From contig JAQBVF010000004.1 of the NCBI GenBank assembly GCA_027623675.1, positions 87,490 through 151,489 on the forward strand: a stretch of DNA of 64,000 bases. The letters are read 5' to 3'. Below, one piece after another: positions 40,592-50,984 of the stretch. Position 1 is the first letter of the stretch. Every line of letters begins with the position of its first letter. A program made the translations under genes and the position numbers. The DNA is from Chloroflexota bacterium (lineage in GTDB: Bacteria > Chloroflexota > Dehalococcoidia > Lucifugimonadales > UBA3495). The notes beneath the pieces were generated by a model that was not told the origin of the DNA, searched no databases, and saw nothing but the letters and a program-made list of their open reading frames with translations.

Positions 40592-40813
40592 CTAAACACC
40601 GCTCCATCGTTTATCCGTGAACCGGTCGGCCCAGATCGGGCCAGCCGGTTCCGAAAGTCGGAATCTCGTCTCAAAACTGCTAAATCCCCAGATAACTGGG
40701 CGAAAAGTACCAAAACTGTGTCTGTAAGGTCAATGGTATCACTGGCCCAACATGCGCTCAATCCCTGAGGCTAGACACGGCCGGGAAGGCCCGATGGCGA
40801 CTTTGGGTGGCTA

Positions 40814-41779
40814 TCAGGCCGATGTCAGGTCTAAAAGGGAAGCCTTTTCGGCCATGAGGAATTCGCGGAAGGCCCGCTGCGATGGGGACAGGTAACGTTC
40901 TTTGGGCTGGATCAGGGTCAATGGACGGCGGCAATCCCAACCAGCCACGTCCAACACTACGAGCATGCCGGCCTTGACCTCAGCGGCGATGCCGAGAGCT
41001 GAGATGATCCCAACCCCGCCGCCGGCCACTGCCGCCTGTTTGATCGCCTGGTTGCTGCCAAGTTCGATGGCGATCTTGGGCGACACGCCAAGCTCTCGGA
41101 AATGACGCTCGGCCGACTGCCGGGTGGCCGACCCCAATTCCCTGGCCACCAGCCCTGCTTCCACAACCTGCTCAGGGGAGATCCGCCCCAGGTTGGCTAT
41201 CGGGTGGCTGGGGGCGGCGACCAATACGATCTCGTCGTTCTGAAAGTCCACCGTTTCCAGTTCGTTGGAGTGCTCATCCAGGTGGTCGCCCACCATGCCC
41301 AGGTCCATGTCCCGGTCCAATATGCGCTGAACGATGGAGCGGGTGTTGCCGATGATCAACTCGACGTGGATGCCGGGGTAGACCTGGTGGAACCGGCCCA
41401 CAACCAGCGGCAGGACGTATTCGCCGGGCGTGGTGCTGGCCCCCAACACCAGATGGCCTGACTGGAGATCGCCCATCTCTTGGATGGTGACCAGCAACTG
41501 GTTGGAAAGGGCGAATATCTGCTGCGAGTAGGCCAAAACGGCTTCGCCGGCTTCGGTGATCCTCAGTCCACGGGGCCGCCTGTGGAACAGGGTTATCCCC
41601 AGGAACTTCTCCAGTTCCTGGACCTGGATCGAGACCGCCGGCTGGGTGATCTCCAGCGCTTCGGCAGCCCGCGAGAAGCTCAGGTGATTGGCGACCATCT
41701 GGAAGATATAGAGTTGATGGAAGTTCAACTGGCCCGTGGAAGACCCACCGCCTCCGAGCCGTTTTTGCTGCTCGGGCAT
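40814..41779 (-). CDS. LysR family transcriptional regulator
   Basis: SFSRAAE.L.ITQPAVS.Q...LE HTH; GASTTPGEY; RE.GS.TR. Confidence 0.93.
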   Translation of the reverse strand: MPEQQKRLGGGGSSTGQLNFHQLYIFQMVANHLSFSRAAEALEITQPAVSIQVQELEKFLGITLFHRRPRGLRITEAGEAVLAYSQQIFALSNQLLVTIQEMGDLQSGHLVLGASTTPGEYVLPLVVGRFHQVYPGIHVELIIGNTRSIVQRILDRDMDLGMVGDHLDEHSNELETVDFQNDEIVLVAAPSHPIANLGRISPEQVVEAGLVARELGSATRQSAERHFRELGVSPKIAIELGSNQAIKQAAVAGGGVGIISALGIAAEVKAGMLVVLDVAGWDCRRPLTLIQPKERYLSPSQRAFREFLMAEKASLLDLTSA

Positions 41780-41784
41780 GGCCG

Positions 41785-42582
41785 TTATTCCGGGCCGCCG
41801 AGATGCTCCAGCCGAAGCAGCCGGGTAAGATTACGCGTTGTCACCCTAGCGACCTCTTCCACCGGGATCCTTTTGATCTCGGCAAGGGTCTGGGCCACCG
41901 ACTGGACGTGTCTTGGCTCCGTCCAGTTTGTGCGGTATTTCTTGAACGGCTGCGGTGCGGCGTCTGTTTCCAGGACGATATTTTCCAGGGGGATAACCTT
42001 GGCCACGTCCTGCAACTCTGGGAGCCGGGTGAGCGGACGGGCCAAAGATAAGTAGAACCCGCAGTCGATGGCTTCCCGGGCGGTGGCCTCGTCGCCTTGG
42101 AAGTAATGCATCGCCCCGCCAACCTCGCCTGCGTTCTCCTCGCGCAATACCCGGAACACCTCGGCATGCGACTCACGAGAATGAAATATGATGGGCAATC
42201 TGAGGCTGCGTGCCAGGCGGATATGCTGGCGGAAGACCTGGTCTTGGGTGCCGTGGTCCGGGGAGGCCGGCAGATAGTCCAAGCCAACCTCGCTGATACA
42301 GACCACTTTGGAAGAAGACTTGGCCATGCTCTCCAGCTTGGCGTAGACCTCGTCGGTGACTTCCTCGGTGGCCTCCATGGGATGGATGCCGACTCCGGCG
42401 TAGAGGGGCGTGTGCTGCTCAGCCAGATCGATACAGTCTTGGGTCGACCGCAGCGTGGTCCCGGCACATACGGCGAACGCGACGCCTGCTTCGGTGGCCC
42501 GGTCTAATATGCCGGGCATCTCCGCAGGTCCGTACTGGTCGAGGTGGGTATGACAATCACCCAGCAAATAATCGATAGGCAT
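41785..42582 (-). CDS. tatD: TatD family metallo-hydrolase
   Basis: DCHTH, GIHP, SEVGLD, HSRE, MHYF, LETD. Confidence 0.9.
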   Translation of the reverse strand: MPIDYLLGDCHTHLDQYGPAEMPGILDRATEAGVAFAVCAGTTLRSTQDCIDLAEQHTPLYAGVGIHPMEATEEVTDEVYAKLESMAKSSSKVVCISEVGLDYLPASPDHGTQDQVFRQHIRLARSLRLPIIFHSRESHAEVFRVLREENAGEVGGAMHYFQGDEATAREAIDCGFYLSLARPLTRLPELQDVAKVIPLENIVLETDAAPQPFKKYRTNWTEPRHVQSVAQTLAEIKRIPVEEVARVTTRNLTRLLRLEHLGGPE

Positions 42583-42919
42583 GTGAATTACCTTATTGGC
42601 GTGATCGGTATGATTGATCCTGGCCTAGGGACTAATATCGCGAAAATCAACCATCTGTCCTGAATCATATCCCATCAGGTGCCATGCAGAGCCGATCAGG
42701 GCCGATCAGGGCCGAACACAGGGGATTGTTCAGGTAGTTGTGACGAAAATTACATATTCCATTATAAAGAATAATAGCGAAAAAACTATTGGATATCCCT
42801 TGGGATATTGAACCTGGTCAAAGATTGAGGTTTTTCGGCCAGCTTCCTGCTGGAGAACACCCTCACCGCTGGTGAATCAGGCGGCGTTTGGCCGCGTTTC
42901 CGGGCGGTTACGAAACTCG

Positions 42920-42974
42920 TTGACACCCTCAAACGCGAATGGTAGCATAATTGTTGACCAAAGAGGTCGACAAT
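42920..42974 (+). promoter_or_regulatory. suf promoter with IscR/Rrf2-like operator
   Basis: TTGACA-17bp-TAGCAT, then ATTGTTGACC-N5-GGTCGACAAT inverted repeat at 42950-42974. Confidence 0.7.
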
Positions 42975-43059
42975 CTCTTTCGGCGACCGGTCCTGACTGA
43001 TTATAGCCGTGCATCCCACTGGCTCAGGGTCATCGCCAATCCCGGTCCAGGAGCATTCA

Positions 43060-44517
43060 ATGACCACACCTAGGGTCATTTCAAGAGACGCCACTTCCAG
43101 TGAGTTGGATTCCGACTACAAGTGGGGTTTTACAATTGACATCGGTTCCGATCTGGCCCCCAAGGGGCTCAGCGAGGAAATCGTCCGGCTCATCTCGGCC
43201 AAGAAGGAAGAACCCGAGTGGATGCTGGAGTGGCGGCTCAAAGCCTTCCGCCAGTGGCTGAAGCTCAAAGAACAGCCGCCGAAATGGGCCAACGTGGAAT
43301 ATCCGCCCATCGACTACCAGGATATCTACTACTACGCGGCCCCCAAGAGTGACGCGCCTAAGAGCCTGGACGAGGTTGACCCGGAGATTCTAGAGGCTTT
43401 CGAGAAGCTGGGCATTCCCTTGGCGGAAAGGGCCAAACTGGCCGGTGTTGCCGTGGATGCCGTGGTGGATAGTGTGTCGGTGGCCACAACCTACCAGGAC
43501 ACGCTGGAGAAACAGGGCATCATCTTCTGCTCCATGAGCGAAGCGGTCAAGAAGCACCCGGAGTTGGTCCAGAAGTACCTGGGCTCGGTGGTGCCCTACT
43601 CCGACAATTTCTATGCCACGCTAAACTCCGCCGTGTTCACCGACGGATCCTTCGCCTACATACCCAAAGGCGTGCGCTGTCCCATTGAATTGATGACCTA
43701 CTTCCGCATCAACCAGGCCGACTCCGGCCAGTTCGAGCGGACCCTGATCATCGCCGACGAGGGCTCCTACGTCAGCTACCTGGAAGGCTGCACCGCCCCC
43801 GCCAGAAAGACCCACCAGCTTCACGCTGCGGTGGTCGAGTTGGTGGCCTTGGACGACGCCGAGATTAAGTATTCCACCCTGCAGAACTGGTTCCCCGGCG
43901 ACAAGGACGGCAACGGCGGCGTCTACAACTTCGTGACCAAACGCGGCAAAGCGGCCAAGAACGCCAAGATATCGTGGACCCAGGTTGAGACCGGATCGGC
44001 CATCACCTGGAAGTACCCCAGTGTCATCTTGGAGGGCGATAACTCGGTGGGCGAGTTCTACTCGGTGGCCCTGGTTAACAATCACCAGCAGGCCGACACC
44101 GGCACCAAGATGATTCACATCGGCAAGAACACCCGCAGCACCATCGTCGCCAAGGGCATCTCAGCAGGCCAGGGCAACGCCACCTACCGGGGCTTGGTTA
44201 AGGTGCTGGCTTCGGCCGACGGCGCCAAGAACTTCACCCAGTGCGACTCCCTACTGGTTGGAGACAAGTGCGGGGCGCACACGGTCCCCTACATCGAGGT
44301 GAAAAACCCGACGGCCCAGATGGAGCATGAGGCGTCAACCTCCAAGGTCAGCGACGACCAGCTCTTCTACTGTCAGCAGCGGGGCATGTCGGTCGAGGAC
44401 GCCCATTTCATGATAATCAACGGCTTCTGCCGAGGCATCTTCCAAGAGCTTCCGTTCGAATTCGCCATGGAGGCGTCGCAGCTCTTGAAGGTCAGCCTGG
44501 AAGGAGCAGTGGGATAA
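43060..44517 (+). CDS. sufB: Fe-S cluster assembly protein SufB
   Basis: [38 protein letters not shown] 43060. Confidence 0.97.
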   Translation: MTTPRVISRDATSSELDSDYKWGFTIDIGSDLAPKGLSEEIVRLISAKKEEPEWMLEWRLKAFRQWLKLKEQPPKWANVEYPPIDYQDIYYYAAPKSDAPKSLDEVDPEILEAFEKLGIPLAERAKLAGVAVDAVVDSVSVATTYQDTLEKQGIIFCSMSEAVKKHPELVQKYLGSVVPYSDNFYATLNSAVFTDGSFAYIPKGVRCPIELMTYFRINQADSGQFERTLIIADEGSYVSYLEGCTAPARKTHQLHAAVVELVALDDAEIKYSTLQNWFPGDKDGNGGVYNFVTKRGKAAKNAKISWTQVETGSAITWKYPSVILEGDNSVGEFYSVALVNNHQQADTGTKMIHIGKNTRSTIVAKGISAGQGNATYRGLVKVLASADGAKNFTQCDSLLVGDKCGAHTVPYIEVKNPTAQMEHEASTSKVSDDQLFYCQQRGMSVEDAHFMIINGFCRGIFQELPFEFAMEASQLLKVSLEGAVG

Positions 44518-45306
44518 ATGGCTACTGAAACTAAGAAATCGACGCCCCTGTTGTCGATCAAGGGTCTGACCGCGTCGGCGGGGGACCTGAAGATCCTTAA
44601 GGGCATCGACCTAGACATCTACCCGGGCGAAGTGCACGCCATCATGGGGCCCAACGGCTCCGGTAAGAGTACGCTTACCAATGTGCTGGCCGGCCGCCCC
44701 GACTACACGGTCACCGGCGGCGAGGTCTTGTTCGAGGGCCAAAGCATCTTGGGACTGGAGCCGGAGATCAGAGCACGCATGGGCCTGTTCCTCGCCTTCC
44801 AATACCCGCTGGAACTTCCCGGGGTACGCGCCTGGCAATTCCTCAAGGCGGGCGTGGATGCCAAACGGCTTCACAACGGCCAAGAAGAGATGAGCGCCCG
44901 GGAATTTGACCAGATGCTCAAAGCCAAGGTCGCGGAGGTCCAGATCGACCCCGAACTGGTTCGGAGGGCGGTTAACGAGGGATTCTCCGGCGGCGAGAAG
45001 AAACGGAACGAAGTCCTCCAGATGGCCGTGCTTGACCCTAAGCTGGCTCTCCTGGATGAGACCGATTCCGGCCTGGATATCGACGCCCTGCGCATCGTTT
45101 CCGATGGTGTGAACCTCCTTCGCTCCCCAGATAAGGCGGTTGTTCTGGTGACCCACTACCAGCGGATACTCAACTATATCTCACCCAATCACGTTCACGT
45201 GCTATACGACGGTCGAATCGTCCGGTCCGGCGGCCCTGAACTGGCCCACGAGCTGGAAGAAAAGGGCTATGACTGGATCAAAGACCTCGTCGACGCCACC
45301 GTATAG
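44518..45306 (+). CDS. sufC: Fe-S cluster assembly ATPase SufC
   Basis: GPNGSGKS, FSGGEKKRNE, LDETDSGLDID. Confidence 0.97.
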   Translation: MATETKKSTPLLSIKGLTASAGDLKILKGIDLDIYPGEVHAIMGPNGSGKSTLTNVLAGRPDYTVTGGEVLFEGQSILGLEPEIRARMGLFLAFQYPLELPGVRAWQFLKAGVDAKRLHNGQEEMSAREFDQMLKAKVAEVQIDPELVRRAVNEGFSGGEKKRNEVLQMAVLDPKLALLDETDSGLDIDALRIVSDGVNLLRSPDKAVVLVTHYQRILNYISPNHVHVLYDGRIVRSGGPELAHELEEKGYDWIKDLVDATV

Positions 45307-45330
45307 CCGCCCCGGGGATAAACAGACCGT

Positions 45331-46725
45331 ATGACGACTGCGCCAGCCAAATACGCCCACTACCTTGCCGACTTCCAGTCATTGACTGAGGGGCCTGGCG
45401 CCGAAGCTCCAGCATGGCTCAAGAGCGCCCGGGATAACGCTTGGACCAAGTTCGCCGCGACCGGTTTCCCCACCGCGCGGCGCGGCAATGAACGCTGGAA
45501 GTACACCAACGTCGGCCCCATCGCCAGGACCGATTTCGGATACCCCTTGGCCCCTGCGCCGGCCGACGGCTCCGAAGGATTGGTTCCTTCGTATCAGGTT
45601 TCAGGGCAGACCGTTTTTGACCTGATTTACGTTGACGGCGTGTATTCACCCGGGCTTTCTTCGCCTGCCTTGGACGCGAGCGGCGTGGTTGCCGCCAGCC
45701 TGGCCGTGGCCGCCGGCAATGATAGCCTCGATCTGGAAGGCCAGGTAGGGCGTTACGCCCCGCCGGACGACGACGGGTTCGCCGCGCTGAACACCGCTTT
45801 CCTCCGGGATGGCGCCTACGTGAACGTGGCCGACGATCATGCCGAGAAAGTGGTTATCCGCATCTCTTACATCACGTCTCAGAGCGAAGACGCGAACCAC
45901 AAAGTAACCTATCCCCGCACCATGATCGTCGCCGGACGCAACACCGACATCACGGTGGTAGAGAGTTACCGGGGCCCCCAAGAAAGTGTCTACTTCACCA
46001 ACGCGGTCACCGAGATATCGGTCCGTGAAGGCGCCAAGCTCGACCACTACCGCCTGCTCTTGGAAGGCGGCAAAGCCTTCCATGTTGGCACCAGCCGGGT
46101 TATCCAAGAGAAGGACAGCAGCTTCAGCTCGGCGTCCTTCGCCTTGGGAACTACCCTGGCCCGGAACGACCTTGAAGTGCTGCTCGACGCCCCTGGCGCG
46201 TACTGTTCCCTGAACGGACTCTACCTGACCGCCGACAACCAGCACATCGACAACCTGATCAGCATCGACCACGCCAAGCCCAACTGTACCAGCCGCTTGA
46301 ACTACAAGGGCATCTTGGACGGCAAGTCCCGGGCGGTGTTCGGCGGCACGGTGATGGTGCGCCGCGACGCCCAGAAGAGCGATGCCGAGCAGACCGACAA
46401 AAACCTGATACTGTCCAACTCGGCTGAGGTCGACAGTAAGCCCAGCCTTCTGATCTATGCCGACGACGTGAAGTGCAGCCACGGTGCCACCGCCGGCCAT
46501 ATCGACGCCGACACCCTGTTCTACCTCCGCAGCCGGGGCCTAGACCTGGACACGGCCAGCCGGATGCTGGTCCATGCCTTCGCCAGTGAGATCATCAACA
46601 CGGTGAACCTGGAACCGCTCCAGGATTACCTGAACACACTTTTCGCGGCGGCGATCCCAAACAAAGCTCTGCCTATCGCCGGTCTCGTGCCTTCCCGACG
46701 CGCCAAAGCAGCGGGGGATAAATGA
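45331..46725 (+). CDS. sufD: Fe-S cluster assembly protein SufD
   Basis: ERWKYT, P.L.IYADDVKCSHGAT, FYLRSRG. Confidence 0.95.
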   Translation: MTTAPAKYAHYLADFQSLTEGPGAEAPAWLKSARDNAWTKFAATGFPTARRGNERWKYTNVGPIARTDFGYPLAPAPADGSEGLVPSYQVSGQTVFDLIYVDGVYSPGLSSPALDASGVVAASLAVAAGNDSLDLEGQVGRYAPPDDDGFAALNTAFLRDGAYVNVADDHAEKVVIRISYITSQSEDANHKVTYPRTMIVAGRNTDITVVESYRGPQESVYFTNAVTEISVREGAKLDHYRLLLEGGKAFHVGTSRVIQEKDSSFSSASFALGTTLARNDLEVLLDAPGAYCSLNGLYLTADNQHIDNLISIDHAKPNCTSRLNYKGILDGKSRAVFGGTVMVRRDAQKSDAEQTDKNLILSNSAEVDSKPSLLIYADDVKCSHGATAGHIDADTLFYLRSRGLDLDTASRMLVHAFASEIINTVNLEPLQDYLNTLFAAAIPNKALPIAGLVPSRRAKAAGDK

Positions 46726-47972
46726 CCACGGGAGACCGGAGCACATCGGCGGCGGCGTTCGACGTGCATAAGGTGCGGGACGATTTCCCCATCTTGAAGC
46801 AACAGGTAAACGGCAACCCGCTGGTTTACCTGGACAACGGGGCCACGTCCCAGAAACCCCAGTCGGTGATCGACGCCATCGTGCGCTACTACACCACCGA
46901 GAATTCCAACGTGCACCGGGGCGTCCATACCCTCAGCCAGCGGGCCACCGACGACTACGAGGGTGCGCGGGCCAAGATTCGCAAGTTCATCAACGCTGGC
47001 GACGACCGGGAGATTATCTTCACCAGGAACACCACCGAGGGGATCAACCTGGTGGCCCACACCTACGCCAGGCAGCACGTGGGTCCCGGCGATGACATCA
47101 TCGTTTCCAACATGGAACACCACTCCAACATCGTCCCCTGGCAGATGTTGTGCGAAGAGAAGGGAGCCAACCTTAAGGTTGTGCCCATCGACGACACCGG
47201 CGAGTTGCTGATGGACGAGTATGAGCAGATGCTCAGTCCCCGTACCAAGCTGGTCTCCATAACCCATGTTTCCAACGCCCTGGGCACGATCCTGCCGGCG
47301 GCAAAGATCGTCGAACTCGCCCATGCCCACGGCGCTCCGGTACTGCTGGACGGCGCTCAGGCCGTGCCCCACATGCCGGTGGACATGCAGGAACTGGACT
47401 GCGACTTCTACGTATTTTCCGGCCACAAACTGTTCGGCCCCACGGGCATCGGCATCCTCTACGGAAAGGCTGAATTGCTGGAAGCCATGCCGCCATTCAT
47501 GGGCGGTGGGGACATGATCAAGTCGGTAACCTTCGAAAAGACGATCTACAACGATCTGCCGTACAAGTTCGAGGCTGGAACGCCAGACATCGCCAGCGCC
47601 ATCGCCCTGGGCGCCGCCGTGGATTACGTGACCAACCTGGGCTTCGATCAGATCACGGCCCACGAAGAGGAACTGCTCCGTTACGGCACCCAAGCGCTGA
47701 CCTCCATCGCGGGGGTGCGATTGGTCGGCACCGCCCCTCATAAAGCCGGGATACTTTCATTCGTGATGGACAAAGCCCATCCCCACGACATCGGCACCAT
47801 ACTGGACGAACAGGGAATCGCCATCCGCACCGGCCATCACTGCGCCCAGCCGGTGATGCAGCGGTTCCGGATACCTGCCACCGCCCGTGCCTCATTGGCC
47901 TTCTACAACACGAAAGAAGACATTGACGCCCTGGTGAAAGGCATTGACCGCGTACTAGAGGTTTTCAGTTAA
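46722..47972 (+). CDS. sufS: Cysteine desulfurase SufS
   Basis: YLDNGATSQKP, SGHK (PLP Lys), RTGHHCA. Confidence 0.97.
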   Translation: MTTGDRSTSAAAFDVHKVRDDFPILKQQVNGNPLVYLDNGATSQKPQSVIDAIVRYYTTENSNVHRGVHTLSQRATDDYEGARAKIRKFINAGDDREIIFTRNTTEGINLVAHTYARQHVGPGDDIIVSNMEHHSNIVPWQMLCEEKGANLKVVPIDDTGELLMDEYEQMLSPRTKLVSITHVSNALGTILPAAKIVELAHAHGAPVLLDGAQAVPHMPVDMQELDCDFYVFSGHKLFGPTGIGILYGKAELLEAMPPFMGGGDMIKSVTFEKTIYNDLPYKFEAGTPDIASAIALGAAVDYVTNLGFDQITAHEEELLRYGTQALTSIAGVRLVGTAPHKAGILSFVMDKAHPHDIGTILDEQGIAIRTGHHCAQPVMQRFRIPATARASLAFYNTKEDIDALVKGIDRVLEVFS

Positions 47973-48421
47973 TGGCCGGCTTGAGTGACCTTTACCAGGA
48001 GATACTCCTGGAACATAACAGCAAACCCCGTAATTTCCGCGAGGTCGTTGAACCGACCCAGTCCGCCGAGGGATTTAACCCGCTCTGCGGCGACCAGATC
48101 ACCCTCTATCTCAAAGTTGTTGACGGCGTGATTGACGACGTGGGATTCCAGGGGACCGGCTGCGCTATCTCGCGGGCTTCCGCCTCGATGATGACCCAGA
48201 GCATCAAGGGCCAGAGCCTGGAGAAGGCCGAAGAGATATTCGACGCCTTCCATCACATGATTACCGAGCCTGGCGGTGAGCTGGACCTGGACACGCTGGG
48301 TGACCTGGAAACACTGTCGGGGGTCAACGAATACCCCACGCGCATCAAATGCGCCATCTTGGCCTGGCACACCATGAAGGCCGCGTTGGCCGGCGACAGC
48401 GACGGTATCACCACCGAATAA
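47972..48421 (+). CDS. sufU: SUF system NifU-family sulfur-transfer protein SufU
   Basis: NPLCGD, GCAISRAS, RIKCA.L. Confidence 0.93.
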   Translation: MAGLSDLYQEILLEHNSKPRNFREVVEPTQSAEGFNPLCGDQITLYLKVVDGVIDDVGFQGTGCAISRASASMMTQSIKGQSLEKAEEIFDAFHHMITEPGGELDLDTLGDLETLSGVNEYPTRIKCAILAWHTMKAALAGDSDGITTE

Positions 48422-48560
48422 GGCCCGTGGCGCGCTACCTGGGCAGGCACCGCCCCGTGACGGGTTGTGATCTCCGCGCCGTTCTTTCCCCTCACGCATG
48501 ATGCGTTTCGGCTTCCCTGTGCTAAGCTGGTTACGATTCTTACTTATGGCCGACTAACCG

Positions 48561-49019
48561 ATGCCTCAACAGCCCGACGTCTCCCTCGATGGCCTCTACG
48601 GCGACCTGGTCATGGACCACTACCGTAACCCCCGCAACCGCACTCCCCTGGATGACGCGGATGTGGAGGCTGAAGAGTTCAACCCGTTCTGCGGCGACCG
48701 CGCCACCTTCCAGCTCAGTTTGGACGACGATGGCATGGTGGCCGGCGTCAGCGCACGCTCGGAAGGCTGCTCCATAATCCAGGCGGCCACATCCATGCTC
48801 TCCAGCCTGTTGCCGGGCAAGTCCCTGGGCGAAGTGGAGGAACTGGGTACCAGTTACCGGGAATCCATGCGGAACGGCCTAAAAGACGACGGTGTGGACG
48901 GTCTGGGCGACCTGCTGGCCCTTCAGGTGGTGCGCCAGTACCCGGTGCGCATCAAGTGCGCCCTGCTGCCGCTGGTGGCTCTGGAGGAAGGCATCAAAGC
49001 CTACCGGTCCAAGTCATAA
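48561..49019 (+). CDS. sufU: Second SufU/NifU-family paralog
   Basis: DHY.NPRN, NPFCGD, GCSI, RIKCALL. Confidence 0.88.
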   Translation: MPQQPDVSLDGLYGDLVMDHYRNPRNRTPLDDADVEAEEFNPFCGDRATFQLSLDDDGMVAGVSARSEGCSIIQAATSMLSSLLPGKSLGEVEELGTSYRESMRNGLKDDGVDGLGDLLALQVVRQYPVRIKCALLPLVALEEGIKAYRSKS

Positions 49020-49072
49020 CTTGGATGAAAGAGGCGATAAGGATCTGTTGGTCTAAGTCCTAGATCGATCCT

Positions 49073-50830
49073 TTAACGGTCCAGCCAGGCCCTTGACCAG
49101 AAGTTGTACTCAGATAGCGCCGTGTTGGGCTCGAACCCCTTTAAGTCTTCGCGGAACACCCACCGGGACGCGGCGGTCACCGGACTGAACAAGTAGGCCT
49201 GCTCGAGCACCCGGCGCTGAATCTCCACCAACTGGCCTTTCCTGATCGAGTCGTCGAATTCGGCGGCCTGGACCTCAATCATGGAATCCAACTGGGTGTC
49301 CTGATGCCCCGCCATGTTCCACTGGCCCTGGCTGTGCAACAGTCCGAACAGGAAGCTGTTGGTCGTGGAGGTCGGCGGCGCCGCGCCCACGGCCAACTGA
49401 AACTCCCGCGCCGGACCCATGACCAGGTCATTGAACTGCACCGGGTTCATGCGGCGCAGTTCGGGGTTGAATCCGACGGCGGTCAGGTCGGCCAGCAGCT
49501 TTTTTTCCAGGGCCAGGTTCTCGCCGCCGGTCCGTTCGATTCGTACCGTCACTTCGATATCCACGGGCAACTTTTGGCCCGAGTTTGCCAGCAATCGGCG
49601 CGCCTTGCCGGGGTCGGCGAAATAGTTTCGGCGCATATCCTCCCGGTCCAGCAACCAACCGGGCTCCCGCACCGGTATCCCCACGCTGGTGAACCCCAGG
49701 CCCGACCAAACAGTGTCCAGATAATCCCAGGGGTCTATCGCCTGAAACACGGCCTGCCGCACGGCTGTCTTGGTCAAGGCCGGCGTTTGGGTGTTCATGG
49801 CCAGCATCACTCCCGCGCCCGACCGGCGGGATACTACAGACTGAAACCTGGTATCGCCGCCACGCAACGTTTCCCACTCGCCGGGACCCACGGAAAGAAC
49901 GTCGATCAATCCAGCCCGGAAGGCGGCCACCTGGTCCGACTCACCCGTCCCGGACGAATCGGAAAACAGACCAGGCCGCATGACCACGATGTTCAATCCG
50001 TCGAGGAATGGCAGATTGTCTTCAAAGTAGTCAGGGTTGCGCAGGAACTTCATCCCCTCGCCTGACCCACCATTGGGCACGGCCTCTTGCCAAACCCAGG
50101 GTCCGGTGCCGATCACCGGGGCGTCTTTAAGGTCGCCGTACTCGGCCACAACCTCCGGGGCCACCACTTTGATATGCCCGTCGGCCAAGGCCAATAGGGC
50201 GTCGGCGTCCTCTAAGGACAATTCGATCTGCAGGGTCCGGTCGTCTATCGCCGAAATCTTGCCGATGGATGCCAGCAGGGGGGCGTTGGGCCAGTCTGGC
50301 GTCTTGATCCGGTCCAGACTGAACACCACATCCTGGGCCGTGAGCGCCCGGCCGTTAACCGGCGCCACGTTCTGCCAGAGCACGTCCGGCCGCAGCCTGA
50401 ACTGGTACATCAGGTCTTCGGTCAGGACCCAACTCTGGCACAGGTCGCACTCCAGAAGCAGGTTGGGCTGGTTGGCCCCCTCGCCGGAGCGGAGCCGTAA
50501 CAGCCTGCTGTAGGCCAATCCAGGCCCCAGGGCGGTCAGCGTCTCCTGCACCTCTTGATGCACGTCCCGGTGGGGGATGTCCGCCGACGCCGCGACCGTA
50601 AGCACACCGCCGGACTTACCCGCGGGCGCCACGGTGATGACGGGAGTGGGGGTGGGGGTGGGGACTCCGCTGGCGATGGCGGTTTTCTCGGATGGGCTGA
50701 GAGAGCGGGTGGACTCGTTGCTGGTCGGGGTGTCTGATGATGTACAGGCAACGGCAAATATGGCCGCCAGGATAATCAAGGGCTTAATCAAGAGCTTTTT
50801 CGTCGGGAACATCCTCATCATCCCTTTCAT
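49073..50830 (-). CDS. ABC transporter substrate-binding lipoprotein, family 5 (OppA/DppA-like)
   Basis: Lipobox FAVAC; F.LR..V.W...P.NGR.LTA.DV.FS, IGTGP, RNPDY; exact start uncertain. Confidence 0.88.
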   Translation of the reverse strand: MKGMMRMFPTKKLLIKPLIILAAIFAVACTSSDTPTSNESTRSLSPSEKTAIASGVPTPTPTPVITVAPAGKSGGVLTVAASADIPHRDVHQEVQETLTALGPGLAYSRLLRLRSGEGANQPNLLLECDLCQSWVLTEDLMYQFRLRPDVLWQNVAPVNGRALTAQDVVFSLDRIKTPDWPNAPLLASIGKISAIDDRTLQIELSLEDADALLALADGHIKVVAPEVVAEYGDLKDAPVIGTGPWVWQEAVPNGGSGEGMKFLRNPDYFEDNLPFLDGLNIVVMRPGLFSDSSGTGESDQVAAFRAGLIDVLSVGPGEWETLRGGDTRFQSVVSRRSGAGVMLAMNTQTPALTKTAVRQAVFQAIDPWDYLDTVWSGLGFTSVGIPVREPGWLLDREDMRRNYFADPGKARRLLANSGQKLPVDIEVTVRIERTGGENLALEKKLLADLTAVGFNPELRRMNPVQFNDLVMGPAREFQLAVGAAPPTSTTNSFLFGLLHSQGQWNMAGHQDTQLDSMIEVQAAEFDDSIRKGQLVEIQRRVLEQAYLFSPVTAASRWVFREDLKGFEPNTALSEYNFWSRAWLDR

Positions 50831-50984
50831 CTACACACCACTCTAGCCGGTAAAAACAGTCAGACTCGATTATAGGCGCGTTTCCTTGCTAGGCCACGAT
50901 AGATTCATTGCGCGCTCGAACGAAAACACGAGCAAAATATGAGTGGAAATACGAGTCTGCTCGGCACGGGGTGGGGTGAGTGGG

